Source: Dehalococcoidia bacterium
GTDB lineage: Bacteria; Chloroflexota; Dehalococcoidia; SM23-28-2; RBG-16-64-32
DNA: 64,000 nt
Reading direction: 5' to 3'
Assembly: GCA_963665775.2 (NCBI GenBank)
Contig: CAXXTF010000001.1
Location: 608,001 to 672,000 of the forward strand
Part shown: positions 40,109 through 51,192 of the stretch, in pieces
Numbering within the stretch: position 1 is the first letter of the stretch
Layout of the letters: every line of letters starts with the position of its first letter
The notes under the pieces: generated by a model
Database searches by the model: none
Seen by the model: the letters and a program-made list of their open reading frames with translations, nothing else
Told to the model about the DNA's origin: nothing
Translations under genes and position numbers: made by a program

Positions 40109-42346
40109 GTGCCCGCGAGACCATTTTCGACGGAGTCAGTCGTTCGCGCTGCCGCTGGGCGCCCCTGGACCACCATCGGGATCTGGATATCGCTATTTCT
40201 GGTCGCAGCAGTCCTGATTTAGACTCTTCTGGACGGCGTCCAGACGTCCGAGTTCGCCTTCACCAACAATCCGGACTCCAAGAAAGCCGACGATCTCCTG
40301 GAGGATAGGTTGCGCGGCCCTAAGGGTACGAACGAGATAGTCATCATAGGATCGGACACGCTCACGGTAGATGCCCCGGCCTTTCAACAGGCCGTGGAAG
40401 GCCTCACCGCGGAGCTGGCCGCCCTGGTCCCCGAGATCATCAGAGAGGGCTCCCTGACCAACTTCTACGAGAGCCAGTCCGAGACTCTGGTGTCTGCCGA
40501 CCGCCAGACCACCCTCATTCCCCTCACAATGGCGGGAGACTTCGACGATGCGGCGGACAACATCGACCGCGTCGTAACTGTTGTCAACAACGCGAAGGGC
40601 GAAAGCGGTTTCCAGATCTTGATCACGGGCCAAGCCTCGGTCGGCAGGGACTTTCAAGAGGTGTCGGAGGAGGACCTCTTGAATGGCGAGATGTTTGGCG
40701 TACCGATCGCCCTCGTCATACTGCTCCTGGTCCTTGGCGCCCTGGTGGCATCCCTAATCCCCATCGTGCAGGCCGCCGTCTCCATCGCGGTCGCCATGGG
40801 GGCGGCCTCCCTGGTCGGACAGGCCTTTGAGCTCTCCTTCTTCGTCACAAACATGATCACCATGATCGGCCTGGCCGTTGGCATCGACTACTCCCTCTTC
40901 ATCATCGCTCGATACCGGGAGGAGCGCCGTAACGGACTGGAGAAGTCCGAGGCCATCGGGCGGGCCGGGGCGACGGCCTCGCGGACCGTCCTGTTCAGCG
41001 GCTTAACAGTGGTGCTAGCGCTCTTCGGAATGCTTCTGATCCCCTCTGCCGTCTTCATCAGTGTCGGCTTGGGCGCTATCCTCGTCGTGATCGCCTCCGT
41101 GCTGGCATCGCTCACGCTTCTCCCAGCCATTCTCAGCCTCCTGGGAGACCGCATAAATTCGCTTTCGATCCCGCTGATCGGCAGGGCCCAGGCGAGCTTC
41201 GACGAGACCCGCCGCGGCGGCATCTGGGACCGGATCTCGCAGACCGTCATGGGGCACGCCGTGCTGAGCTTGGTACTGGCCGGCGGACTTCTTTTGGGCC
41301 TTTCCGTCGCCCTGCTCGATATCAACACAGGCGCGGCCGGCGTCTCCTCCTTCCCAGACGGCATAGAGTCTAAGCAGGGGTTCCTCATCCTTGACGAGGA
41401 GTTCTCCGCGGGGGAGGTCACTCCGGCGGAGATCGTGATCGACGGCGACATCGATTCCCCGGCCGTGCAGTCCGGAATCGACGACCTTAGGGCGGCTCTC
41501 GAGGCCGACGGCGCCTTCGCCGAGCCCCGTCCGCTCGAGGTGAACAGCGCTGGCGACCTGGCCCTCCTCTCCGTACCGGTGACCGGCGACGCGACGAGCA
41601 CGGAGGCTCAGGACGCCGTCAAGCGCCTGCGAGAGGAGTACGTCCCCGCCGCCTTTGCTGGCCTGCCGGCCACCGTGCTTGTCAGCGGTGACACTGCCGT
41701 GAACCTGGACTTTTTCACGATGGCCAGTGAATCGGTGCCCATAGTCTTCTCATTCGTCCTGAGCATCAGCTTCATCCTATTGATGGTAGTCTTCCGCTCC
41801 ATCATCGTGCCTATCAAGGCGATCATCCTGAATCTGCTGTCGGTCGGCGCAACCTATGGGCTCCTCGTCCTTGTGTTCCAGAAGGGAGTGCTAAACGAGG
41901 TCTTCGGATACCAGCGGACGGAGGTTATCGAAGCCTGGATCCCGCTCTTCCTGTTCTCGGTCCTGTTCGGTCTCTCCATGGACTACCACGTGTTCCTGCT
42001 GAGCCGCATCCGTGAGCGATTCGATCAGACCCAGGACAATGCGGAATCGGTGTCCTTCGGCATCCGGTCCACGGGGCGCCTGATAACCGGCGCGGCCCTC
42101 ATCATGGTCTCCGTGTTCATGGCATTCTCCAGCGGCCAGCTCGTCAGCCTGCAGCAGATGGGATTCGGCTTGGGGGTAGCCGTGCTCCTTGACGCCACTA
42201 TCGTCCGAATAGTCCTGGTCCCGGCCAGCATGAAGCTCCTGGGAAACTGGAACTGGTACCTCTCGCCCGCACTTAGCTGGCTGCCGGACCTGCGCGTGGA
42301 GCCCAGTGAGATGGCCGCCGTCCCTGTCCGGAGTGATGATGACTGA
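40109..42346 (+). pseudogene. MMPL-family transporter with in-frame TAG at 40220
   Basis: RBS AAGGAGG + GTG 40109; frame continuous apart from one TAG. GLAVGIDYSLF and FGLSMDYHVFL motifs. Confidence 0.88.
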
Positions 42347-42442
42347 CCTACCACTGAGCGAATAGCGGGCGGATGCGGATGGGGTATTGGCGCCCTACAC
42401 CTATCAGGGCGATGCTCTATAATTGATGAGGGGGGAGTCTAG

Positions 42443-42760
42443 ATGCCACCAAACATCACGCACTTCAAGATGAAGGCCAAGCCCGGAGAGCGCCAGGCGG
42501 TCATCGACCTGTTCGATCGCTGGTTCCAGGATCGGCGGCCGAAGGCACGCGGCTTTGTCCGTGCCGACCTCAGTTCAAACATCGACGACCCTGACGAATT
42601 CATGGCCACCGCCTGTTTCGCCGATAAGAGAACGCACGACCTTAACTCGAACGACCCGGAACAGGATGCCTGGTACGCGGAGCTCCGGTCGCACCTCGTC
42701 GCCGACCCAGAGTGGTTCAACGGAACGCTGGAGCGACAGAGGATGGGCTTGAGGGGCTAA
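42443..42760 (+). CDS. ABM-like (dimeric alpha-beta barrel) protein
   Basis: KMKAKPGERQAV...NSNDPEQDAWY...DPEW. Confidence 0.7.
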   Translation: MPPNITHFKMKAKPGERQAVIDLFDRWFQDRRPKARGFVRADLSSNIDDPDEFMATACFADKRTHDLNSNDPEQDAWYAELRSHLVADPEWFNGTLERQRMGLRG

Positions 42761-43011
42761 AGTTTCCACCGGGTTGCTGTCAGCGTTGCGGTCAATCCAG
42801 GCCGAGTCAGCGCGTCAGGCCGGCGGACTGCACACCGCCCGGCTAATGAAAAACCGTGAAGGCGGCGCCGGGGCTCGGCTCATCATTCCGCCCGCTATCT
42901 AAAACGCGGAACTGGAAATAGAATTGAGGAAGGTGAGGTGGGCGGAGATATCCGATCTGCATCCACAGATGGAGAGCCACAGGACCGCCGTTAGCTGGAA
43001 TGGGGGATCCT

Positions 43012-43821
43012 ATGTCCGGACCGCTGAAGCTCATGGGCATATTTGCGCACCCGGACGATGAGTCGCTGGGCAATGGTGGCACCTTCGCGAAGTGCGCGGC
43101 GGAGGGCGTGGAGACATACCTGGTCACGGCAACGCGGGGGGAGCGCGGCTGGTTCGGTGAGGAGGACCAGTACCCGGGACTCGATAGGCTGGGACGGATT
43201 CGCGAGGAGGAGTTACAGGCGGCGGCCGGAGTGCTCGGCTTCAAGGAGGTGCGCTTCCTGGACTACCGTGACGGCGAGCTGGACCAGGCGAATCCAGCGG
43301 AGGCCATCGAGAAGATTGTGGAGCATTTGCGGCGGGTGCGGCCCCAAGTCGCCCTGACTTTTGATCCCAACGGGGCTTACGGCCACCCTGACCACATCGC
43401 GATATGCCAGTTCGCCACGGCCGCCGTCGTGGCCGCAGCCGATCCCGGGTTTGCTCCGGCCCAGGGGTACCCGCCCCACCGTGTGTCGAAGCTCTACTAC
43501 ATGGCCTGGACGGAGAAGACGTTCGCGGCCTATCAGGCCGCGTTCGGTGACCTGGTGATGCACATCGATGGCGACGAGCGGCGAACCCGCGGCTGGGCGG
43601 ACTGGGCGATCACCACCCGCATCGACACCGCCGCCTACTGGCCCCGCGTTTGGGAGGCGGTCTCCTGCCACAGGACGCAGCTGCCCGGCTACCAGGCGCT
43701 GAAGGAACTACCGGAGGATCACCATAAGAACCTCTGGGGCAGCCAGACCTTCTACCGAGCCTTCAGTCTGGTCAACGGCGGACGAACGCTGGAGCAAGAC
43801 CTTTTCGAGGGGCTGCGCTGA
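43012..43821 (+). CDS. PIG-L family deacetylase (MshB/Mca-like)
   Basis: AHPDDE, TRGERG, GAYGHPDH, CHRTQ. Confidence 0.93.
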   Translation: MSGPLKLMGIFAHPDDESLGNGGTFAKCAAEGVETYLVTATRGERGWFGEEDQYPGLDRLGRIREEELQAAAGVLGFKEVRFLDYRDGELDQANPAEAIEKIVEHLRRVRPQVALTFDPNGAYGHPDHIAICQFATAAVVAAADPGFAPAQGYPPHRVSKLYYMAWTEKTFAAYQAAFGDLVMHIDGDERRTRGWADWAITTRIDTAAYWPRVWEAVSCHRTQLPGYQALKELPEDHHKNLWGSQTFYRAFSLVNGGRTLEQDLFEGLR

Positions 43822-44233
43822 CATGCTCGTAGGGCCGGCCAGGATCTGGGGCCCGAGTCAGACCCGGGTCAGGGCCTGGCGGGGTCCACCTGGCATCGCT
43901 GGATCCGGAGCCCGATCGAGGCGGGGTATCACTACCCTGGCCGCCGGCTTTGCGGAAGGGTATCTGGACGCCCACTAGTTCATCGATCTCGGAGCCGCAT
44001 CTTGCACGTTGGGGGAGGGCACCCATATGAGTGACTCAGTGGATCGGTCTGAGCTACCTCGCCTGGACTTCGACTGGCCTCCGGAGATGTGGCAAGACGT
44101 GGGCGGCCGCCTCCTGGAAATGGCCGCGTCCGCCGCCACGGGTTGGAACGAACGTCGGCCCTCGCCGGCGGAAGAGGTGGGGGTCCGCGCTCATTTCCGC
44201 GACCCCCTGCCGGAGCGTCCGGTGGCCGTCGAT

Positions 44234-44362
44234 CATCTGCCCGCATACCTCGACGAGATGGCATTCCGGTTCAACAACAGACACAACCCATTCCTGTTCC
44301 GCGACACGCTGAAAAAGCTCATCGAAGCCGCCACTTTACCCTACCAAGACCTTACTGCCTAG
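44234..44362 (+). pseudogene. IS1595-family transposase C-terminal remnant
   Basis: HLPAYLDEMAFRFNNRHNPFLFRDTLKKLI..LPYQDLTA. Confidence 0.8.
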
Positions 44363-44741
44363 ACTCCCTGCGGATGGTGTCCAACTCCGACCTACGCATC
44401 CTCCACGTTATACAGGCTAGTAGGAAGGCAACGAGCGATATCAGACAGATTATGGGAGCCGCGACATATGCCAGCACCTTGCTTGTATCTGTGAGAGTGT
44501 CCTCTATGAGGACGCCAATCCAAATGCTTAATGCAGCGGCCAGCAAGAAGGAGCCAAGCGAAGAAAACGTAACTATAAGCGTATTCAGAAAAGAGATGGC
44601 GCGTAACTCATGGTCGGTAACAGCGTAATGCATTACGTCTCGCGTTGCGTAAATTGGGTTGACGACTGCACCCTGAGTATCCCCCGCTCGCCCAGGGGAG
44701 ACCCCGACCGGCTTATCTTGGTTAGGCGGTTGACTAGCCAT
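44352..44741 (-). CDS. Small two-TM membrane protein (passenger gene)
   Basis: Two hydrophobic segments; lower GC. Confidence 0.65.
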   Translation of the reverse strand: MASQPPNQDKPVGVSPGRAGDTQGAVVNPIYATRDVMHYAVTDHELRAISFLNTLIVTFSSLGSFLLAAALSIWIGVLIEDTLTDTSKVLAYVAAPIICLISLVAFLLACITWRMRRSELDTIRRESRQ

Positions 44742-44745
44742 AGCC

Positions 44746-45030
44746 CTACTCTTTGGGCAAATCCATCGCTGTTAGGTCGTCCAGAGAGAATTCGAGTGTC
44801 AGTAGGTTGATGAGGTGAGTATTGCCGCAGTTGTTGCAGGAAAGTGCGGCAAGGGGCAGTATCCTCCCCCCAAGTTGTACCTGTTTGGGGGAGTCGCTGA
44901 CTGACAGAGGAACGTAAAAACCTAAATTCCAAGAATTCTGCTTGCACAAAGGGCAGACAAAGCCCTCCCCCCCTACCCTGCTTCGATAGACATCTATAAT
45001 GCGCTGAAGGACCTCGTCGCGGGTTGCCAT
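44746..45030 (-). CDS. Small Zn-ribbon protein (passenger gene)
   Basis: CPLC...CNNCG; TATACT about 7 nt upstream of the ATG (leaderless-like). Confidence 0.7.
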   Translation of the reverse strand: MATRDEVLQRIIDVYRSRVGGEGFVCPLCKQNSWNLGFYVPLSVSDSPKQVQLGGRILPLAALSCNNCGNTHLINLLTLEFSLDDLTAMDLPKE

Positions 45031-45371
45031 CAATGGAAGTATACATCTGCACTCTGGCCGCCTACCTGGAGGAGTTGGTGCAGAGCACGCCAGGATTGGT
45101 GCTCGCCGCCCCGCGCCAGCTGTCTATCGTCTGCTGGCGCGTCGAACCGCCCGGCGTCACAGACCCTGCCGAACTCGAACAGCTCCAGACGGAGATCATC
45201 CGTCAGCTAGAGGCCCGCGGGATAGCGATGGTCTCTAACGCACGGCTTTCCGACGGACGCGGTGCTATACGCGCCTGCATCGTCAATTTTCGGACCGCCC
45301 CGGAAGATGTCGAAGCCGTAGTGCAGGCGAGCGCCGCCATCGGGCAGGAGCTTGCCGACTCCGGGTCTTGA

Positions 45372-45560
45372 CTGCGGGGTGCTAAAACCCCATCCGCGGC
45401 GGTCAGGCTGCATCTCGCCGGAGATCGGGTGAGTCCCGAGCCGCGTGAGGATCCCCCTCGCAGGTGGGGCAGCGACACGGCCACTTGCCCCATCGCTCCT
45501 CGAATCAGTTCGATGTAGTCGCGGGGCATCGCCTAATCGGCCTCTGAAAGCCTCAGACCT
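45372..45560 (-). mobile_element. Remnant end of an rve/integrase-core-type IS
   Basis: Minus strand RDAA*-CCGCCGCGGATGGGGTTTTAGCACCCCGCAG, preceded by a MPRDYIELIR fragment. Confidence 0.55.
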
Positions 45561-45607
45561 GGGCCGGTTCCCGCACGATGCTAGGGGCCAGAATTGCCGA
45601 TCCTGTA

Positions 45608-46735
45608 CTAACTTTCCCTTACCGCGAGACTGGCCACCTGGATTGACTCCAGAATTTCCCTATAAGACTGAACCAGGCTCGTCTCGCTATAGGCTACGGA
45701 TCGCTCCTCGCAGAAGCGCCTGATGATGGGCTGCGCTTCTCTTAGCTTGTTTCGTGGCATGTTTGGGAACAGGTGATGCTCGATCTGGAAGTTGAGACCG
45801 CCATACCAGAAGTCGATAAGAGGGTGGGATTTCACGTCTCGGCTGGTGAGCACCTGTTGGCGCAAGAAGTCAAAATCGTTGCCCTCTTCCCACATAGGCA
45901 TGCCTTTGTGATTTGAGGCGGTCACAGAGGCGTAGTACAGGCCGAACAACCCTTGATGGATCACGATAAACAGCACCGCCTGCCACACGCCCAGCAAGTA
46001 GAATGACAGGCCAAAGTACAACAGGAAGTGGACGGCAACCAGGAGTATTTCTGCTGGAGGGCGCCTTCGCCCCGGCGGGAGGGTCGGTACCTTGCCGACA
46101 TGGCCGCCTTTCGCCCAAAGCAGGAATTGCACTGTATATAACCGCAGAGCAACCGGGTAAAGGGCTAACGAGGGCACCAGGAAGACCTGGTATTTCATTA
46201 AGAACCGTTGAAAGCCCTGCCTCCTGCGGGCCCCCTCTGCCGAAAAGCCGAGGAACCCGAGCTCAGCATCGGGGTCCGCGTCCAGCTCATTGGAACGAGC
46301 GTGATGTCGGTGGTGCCTACCCATCCACCAGCTCTTGCTGACTCCGAGCAGAAGATTCCAAGATACTAACGCGATGAGGTTGTTGTTGCGGACAGAGCTG
46401 GCAATTTGCCGATGGGCGGAATCGTGGCCAATGAAAGCAATCTGCTGGAAGATGAAGGCCAGAAATACGGCGTTCAAGAGCTGTATCCACAGGGTGTCTA
46501 TGAGCACGAACAAGGTAACGCTTAGAGCGAGCAGAGCGAAGGTGAGTAGAATTTTGAAGGTGTAGTAAGCGGGCTGCCTATCCAGCAACCCTTTCTGCTT
46601 GATGAGTTGCTTTAGCTCAACGTAGGCATTCCCCTGAAGGCCCGTTGCCCGTGTCGAAGAATACGGTGGAGCCGGAGGGGTGCCCCGCACGTCAAGTCCA
46701 GGACGATCGCTCAGCTCTTGTCCGATATTTCTCAT
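45608..46735 (-). CDS. Membrane fatty-acid (acyl-CoA) desaturase
   Basis: His boxes HDSAH, HHRHH, QIEHHLFP. Confidence 0.94.
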   Translation of the reverse strand: MRNIGQELSDRPGLDVRGTPPAPPYSSTRATGLQGNAYVELKQLIKQKGLLDRQPAYYTFKILLTFALLALSVTLFVLIDTLWIQLLNAVFLAFIFQQIAFIGHDSAHRQIASSVRNNNLIALVSWNLLLGVSKSWWMGRHHRHHARSNELDADPDAELGFLGFSAEGARRRQGFQRFLMKYQVFLVPSLALYPVALRLYTVQFLLWAKGGHVGKVPTLPPGRRRPPAEILLVAVHFLLYFGLSFYLLGVWQAVLFIVIHQGLFGLYYASVTASNHKGMPMWEEGNDFDFLRQQVLTSRDVKSHPLIDFWYGGLNFQIEHHLFPNMPRNKLREAQPIIRRFCEERSVAYSETSLVQSYREILESIQVASLAVRES

Positions 46736-46913
46736 ACTAACCCCCTAACCCCTTGCGCGGATGGCCTACCTGCAAAATGGCACGACCTGATGTCCACCTA
46801 CTTAACAAGACAAATAGCCGCCTACGCACCTGCCCGGTCGATCTTCAAGCTTATGGCGACGTTTGGCAACGGCTCTATGGTAGTAGCCACAGGATACCAC
46901 GTACGCCTGATTG

Positions 46914-47280
46914 CCTGTGGGGGCTCAAACTATATCCGCCTCTCTCAGGCAGCTTCCCGTTCATATTCGTGGTGCAATCCAGCCAGCACCGGGCGGACGA
47001 TAAGGCGGCCGGGACGTCGTGCTGCGATCCGGATAGGCGGACCGTTTGGCGGTACCAATGCGAGTGCCATCGCGCACCTCCTCGCGGATCGCTTCCCGGA
47101 CGTAGGGACCGTGATTGTAGAAGAACGTTCCTCAACCCTGTGTCGGCAGTGGTCACGCGATGGCCGCCCGGTACCGGCGCACCGTCGAGTTGCTCACCCT
47201 GAAGCCCAGAGCCCGTAACGCCAAGACTATATCGGCGCCGTGGGCGGCGAACATCCGGCAGGGCATCTCCATAGGCCACT
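46914..47280 (-). mobile_element. Degenerate rve/integrase-core transposase remnant with terminal sequence
   Basis: LRALGFRVSNSTVRRY...TFFYNH and RPVLAGLHHEYEREAA*, followed by GCGGATATAGTTTGAGCCCCCACAGG. Confidence 0.7.
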
Positions 47281-47503
47281 CGCCTGACGGCGAGCCAACG
47301 GTCCTTACGCCGAGGAGCGGCCCCAAGGTTTCAGAAATGGGATCAACTACTTGTGTCCGACTGCATGATCTTCTTCAGATGAACATGGATCGCCGGGCGT
47401 TGTGTGCCTTGATAGCGCATTCGCTAACGGACGAGGAGAGCGGCTGCCTGTGAACGATCTGGCATTATCGGCCCATCCTGATGGTGTGCCCGACAGCATA
47501 CCG

Positions 47504-48016
47504 TTAGAGGCCGGAGGCTTTGTAGCGCTGGGACAGATCTCTGTATCCAAGACCGCCGGAGGAATTCCGCTTTAGGCGTTCCTTTTGTTGGGGCGAGAGC
47601 TCCCTGATCTCGGCTGGCACACCCATGGCCATTGATCCTGTCGGGACCTTTGTTCCGGGCGGTATCAGGCTATGGGCAGCGACGATACAGAAGTCGTCTA
47701 TTTCTGCACCTTCCAGGAGGGTAGCATTGTTCCCAATGAGGCAATTGTTGCCGATTCGGCCGCAGTGGACAATAACGCCGTGGCCGATAACGTTGTCGTC
47801 GCCGATAATCATGGGCCCGCCCGAATGGAGCACACAATTATCCTCGACGTGGGTGTTAGCGCCTACAGAAATGGTGGAGAAATCTGCTCGGAGGACCGCA
47901 CCGGGCCAAACGCTGGAATTCTCGCCCACCTTAACGGCGCCGACGACGTAGGCCGCTTGGCTGACCCAGGCGCTATCATCGATTTGGGGCGTCTTGTCCT
48001 CAAAGCTAACGATCAC
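47504..48016 (-). CDS. Gamma carbonic anhydrase-family protein (second paralog)
   Basis: VWPGAVLRAD, VEDNCVLH, IGHGVIVH, GVPA. Confidence 0.92.
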   Translation of the reverse strand: MIVSFEDKTPQIDDSAWVSQAAYVVGAVKVGENSSVWPGAVLRADFSTISVGANTHVEDNCVLHSGGPMIIGDDNVIGHGVIVHCGRIGNNCLIGNNATLLEGAEIDDFCIVAAHSLIPPGTKVPTGSMAMGVPAEIRELSPQQKERLKRNSSGGLGYRDLSQRYKASGL

Positions 48017-48318
48017 GGTCGGCCCTCCTGAAAACGTAGCCTTCTGAATCTGACGGTTCTGATACTAGTCGACCTACCCTGTCATCCTTAAACGTTAACG
48101 CCAGCGAGCATAGCTGCCGTACCCTCTCTTGTCAACGCCCGTCACCTCCAAGACTGCCGCCAAACTGTCCTCCACTGTAGTCCCTGACCAGAAACAAAGA
48201 TCGCCCCAAGCAAAGAATTCAAGAGGAACATCGCCTTACACTCTCCCATCAATGCTGACGGGAATCAGTCCAGGAGGTATCCTTAAGCAAAGACCCTAGG
48301 AAGCGAGTGGTTTAGCCC

Positions 48319-49791
48319 ATGACGCTCAAGCTCCCGGAACGGCCACCTTTGGTCCCTGTCATCCTCCAGCCTCGCAGCACTGACGAATACAGACCTCGGC
48401 CGTACAGCCTCCCGGATCTGGCTGCGGTTAGGAGCTTGAAGGTCAGCGTGCCCGATTCGGCACACCGTGTGAACATGTCAACTGCGGACTATTCGTCCGG
48501 CCGATTCGGCACCGCCACGGCTCTACGAACGATCAACGAGCAATGGGGCTACGATTTCTATAATGTGCCGCGCGAGGCTATGCTCGATACGGCAGCCGCT
48601 GATGCGGCCCTCGGGGGCGATCAACTGGTGATCGATGTCCAGACGCATTACGTAGCCGACCGCCCAGCAATTACCGACTTCACGAAACGGGTGCTCCAGT
48701 CATATCGGGCCCTAATGCCGGAAGGTTTCAAGGGACTCGATGGTATGTCGGCCTATTCCCTGGCTGAGTATCTGAGGTGCGTCTTCTTGGAAAGCGAGAC
48801 GGCGGTGGCCGTACTAACGTCGCCACCTGGTATTCATGAAGATAGGCCCCTGACCAATGGAGAGATGGCCGGCACACGCGAGTTATTCGAGAGATTTGGC
48901 GGAAATGGGCGTCTCCTAAATCACTGCGTGGTTCATCCCAATGTGCCGAGCGAACTGTGGCGTCTTGACCGTTGGCAGGAGATGTACAAGCCTCGAGGTT
49001 GGAAAGTTTACACCCCCGGCGTCTTGGGAAGCAGCGGCTGGGTTGATGGGTCCGGCTGGATGCTCGATGACGAAGACTCAGGGGTGCCGTTCTTGGAGCG
49101 CACCCGCGAGGTGGGAGTCAACATAGTATGTGCGCACAAAGGACTCAGTGGCGGATCTCCCTTGGGCTCTCCACGGGATGTGGGTCCGGTCGCCGCCTAC
49201 TTCACCGACATCGATTTCCTGATCTACCACTCCGGATACGAACATCCTGATGCCGCCGGCGAGGCTGAGGGGCCTTACGATCCGATATCGGGCCATGTTA
49301 TTGATCCATGGGGTGAAGAGGGCCAGGAGGGACCCTATTCGGACGACGTCGCTGACGTCGGCACGAACCGCCTGATAAAGAGCCTTAAGGATTCGAAGGT
49401 GCCTCCCGGCGCCAACGTTTACGCGGAGCTCGGCTCAACCTGGTTTTCTTTGATCAGGCGTCCCCGAGAGGCGGCCCACGTTCTCGGGAAGCTCCTCCTG
49501 GCGGTCGGCGAGGAGAACGTCCTCTGGGGCACCGACTCCATCTGGTACGGACCGACGCAGCCGATCGTCGACGCTTTCCGCGCCTTCCAGATCCCAGAGG
49601 AGTACCGGCAACGATACGGTTATCCCGAGCTCACGCCGGCGGTTAAGGAGAAGATCCTAGGATTGAACGCCGCTCGCGTTTATAGCATCGATCTTGAGGC
49701 GACACGAAGCGCTGTGAAGAATGATGACCTTGGATGGGCCAAAGCTGCGCTCGAAGAATATCAAGTCAAAGGCGTCCCAACGGTAGCATAG
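48319..49791 (+). CDS. Amidohydrolase-family protein
   Basis: IDVQTH, CAHKG, IYHSG, YAELGSTW, WGTDSIWYG, KILGLNAAR. Confidence 0.9.
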   Translation: MTLKLPERPPLVPVILQPRSTDEYRPRPYSLPDLAAVRSLKVSVPDSAHRVNMSTADYSSGRFGTATALRTINEQWGYDFYNVPREAMLDTAAADAALGGDQLVIDVQTHYVADRPAITDFTKRVLQSYRALMPEGFKGLDGMSAYSLAEYLRCVFLESETAVAVLTSPPGIHEDRPLTNGEMAGTRELFERFGGNGRLLNHCVVHPNVPSELWRLDRWQEMYKPRGWKVYTPGVLGSSGWVDGSGWMLDDEDSGVPFLERTREVGVNIVCAHKGLSGGSPLGSPRDVGPVAAYFTDIDFLIYHSGYEHPDAAGEAEGPYDPISGHVIDPWGEEGQEGPYSDDVADVGTNRLIKSLKDSKVPPGANVYAELGSTWFSLIRRPREAAHVLGKLLLAVGEENVLWGTDSIWYGPTQPIVDAFRAFQIPEEYRQRYGYPELTPAVKEKILGLNAARVYSIDLEATRSAVKNDDLGWAKAALEEYQVKGVPTVA

Positions 49792-50073
49792 CCTCGGGTA
49801 GACCGGCGGCACTCCTCTTCAGGGGCGTGCTGCACCGTAGCGTGATATCCCATACTCCAATTCTATCTAATCACGCCATGACCTGTCTCACATGTCCTGA
49901 CACAGCACGCCGGTGGCGATTATCGGCTTGACACACCTCTTAGGATACAGGCACGACGCCGAGAATTTTCTCGCAGCTGTCGTTGGAGCAATAGACTACA
50001 ATGACAGATATGCCACTCGCCCCGGTCAATCCTTTTTTGCTTCCCACAGCAGCGGCTCTCTGTTACCAACCCC

Positions 50074-50982
50074 TTAGCCGCTCTTCCCCGCCCTTCGACG
50101 TGCCAGGACCCGCCGGATGAGGCTGGCCAGGCCCACCTGGTCGCGGCGGTAGGCCCGCGACTCCAAGACTTGCCCAACCTCCACACTTGGTTGCTCGCTT
50201 CGGTTGCGCCGACGCATCTTTGCGGAGTCTACAGTGGCCACCCTCATGAGGTGTGCCGCCGTAGCGTCTCGAATCCGGGCGGTACGCATCATATCCCTAA
50301 TGTAGTGCTTACCCCGGTACCTCGGGTGCGTCAGGGATCGGCCAGCGAGCATCACGCCATATGTTGGGGATATCGCTTCGTTGGAAGTGATCGCTATCAG
50401 GCGTCCGTCCTCGAAGAATCCATACCAAAGGCCACGGTCGATCAGCTTACGCCGATAATGCCCTAGCGAGCCACCACACGCACGGAATAGGCGGTTGATC
50501 TCCCTGATATCGGCCCCTGTAAGCCGCCTGACGGGAGGCTCAACTGTTCCCTGATCAACACGATCGTCCCGTAGGAGTAATTTGGCGGAGTGCTCTACCA
50601 ATCGGAAATGTCTCTTGAGGACAGGCCCATGCTCGACCTGAGCCCACAACCAGGAAACGTAGCGCGGGCCTGGGTGTAGGGAGAGTAGGACGGCTAGCGC
50701 ATCCGGTTCGCCCATGCAGAAGAGGTCCGCCCCGTAGCCGTATAGACTGCTCCTCAGGCTGCCGGTGCCGCTCATCACCAGCGCTTCGCGATCCTCGCCA
50801 TCCGCCACGTACCAGCGCGTGTGCGGGAACCGCTCAGGCTCTAGCTGGCAGAGGGCGTAGGCGCAGAACACCCGGTCCTTCTCCAGCCGAGGCAGGACTT
50901 GCGACACCTCGGTGAGACGCCGGATGCGGTAGGTGACGCTGTCCCTGGTCACTACTTCAACAGGCGGCGGGGCGTTCTCCAT
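50074..50982 (-). CDS. GNAT-fold protein
   Basis: YGFFEDGRLIA, LTHPRYRGKHY. Confidence 0.7.
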   Translation of the reverse strand: MENAPPPVEVVTRDSVTYRIRRLTEVSQVLPRLEKDRVFCAYALCQLEPERFPHTRWYVADGEDREALVMSGTGSLRSSLYGYGADLFCMGEPDALAVLLSLHPGPRYVSWLWAQVEHGPVLKRHFRLVEHSAKLLLRDDRVDQGTVEPPVRRLTGADIREINRLFRACGGSLGHYRRKLIDRGLWYGFFEDGRLIAITSNEAISPTYGVMLAGRSLTHPRYRGKHYIRDMMRTARIRDATAAHLMRVATVDSAKMRRRNRSEQPSVEVGQVLESRAYRRDQVGLASLIRRVLARRRAGKSG

Positions 50983-51192
50983 GCCGTCGATTGTACCCTA
51001 GTCGCTCGCTTCAGATCACGATCCTAGATCGTGGCCTCGCCGCCCTCGGGCCCGCCGCGCCGACCACGAACGCCAGGGGCAGAGGCGGGCGCCATCGCCG
51101 GCTGTTCGCGGCTATCGTCCTGTTGCCGGCCGCGTACTCACGGTCGGTTGCGGAATGGCTACGACTCGTTCCCATCTTGGTGTCCCGACTAA

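Larger units (their letters stand above)
44027..45371 (+). pseudogene. PLP-dependent group II decarboxylase; central part replaced by foreign DNA (44234-45050)
   Basis: N-terminus ...FRDPLPERPVAVD; C-terminus LAAYLEELV...LSIVCWR...IRACIVNFRT. The PLP-lysine region is missing. Confidence 0.8.
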
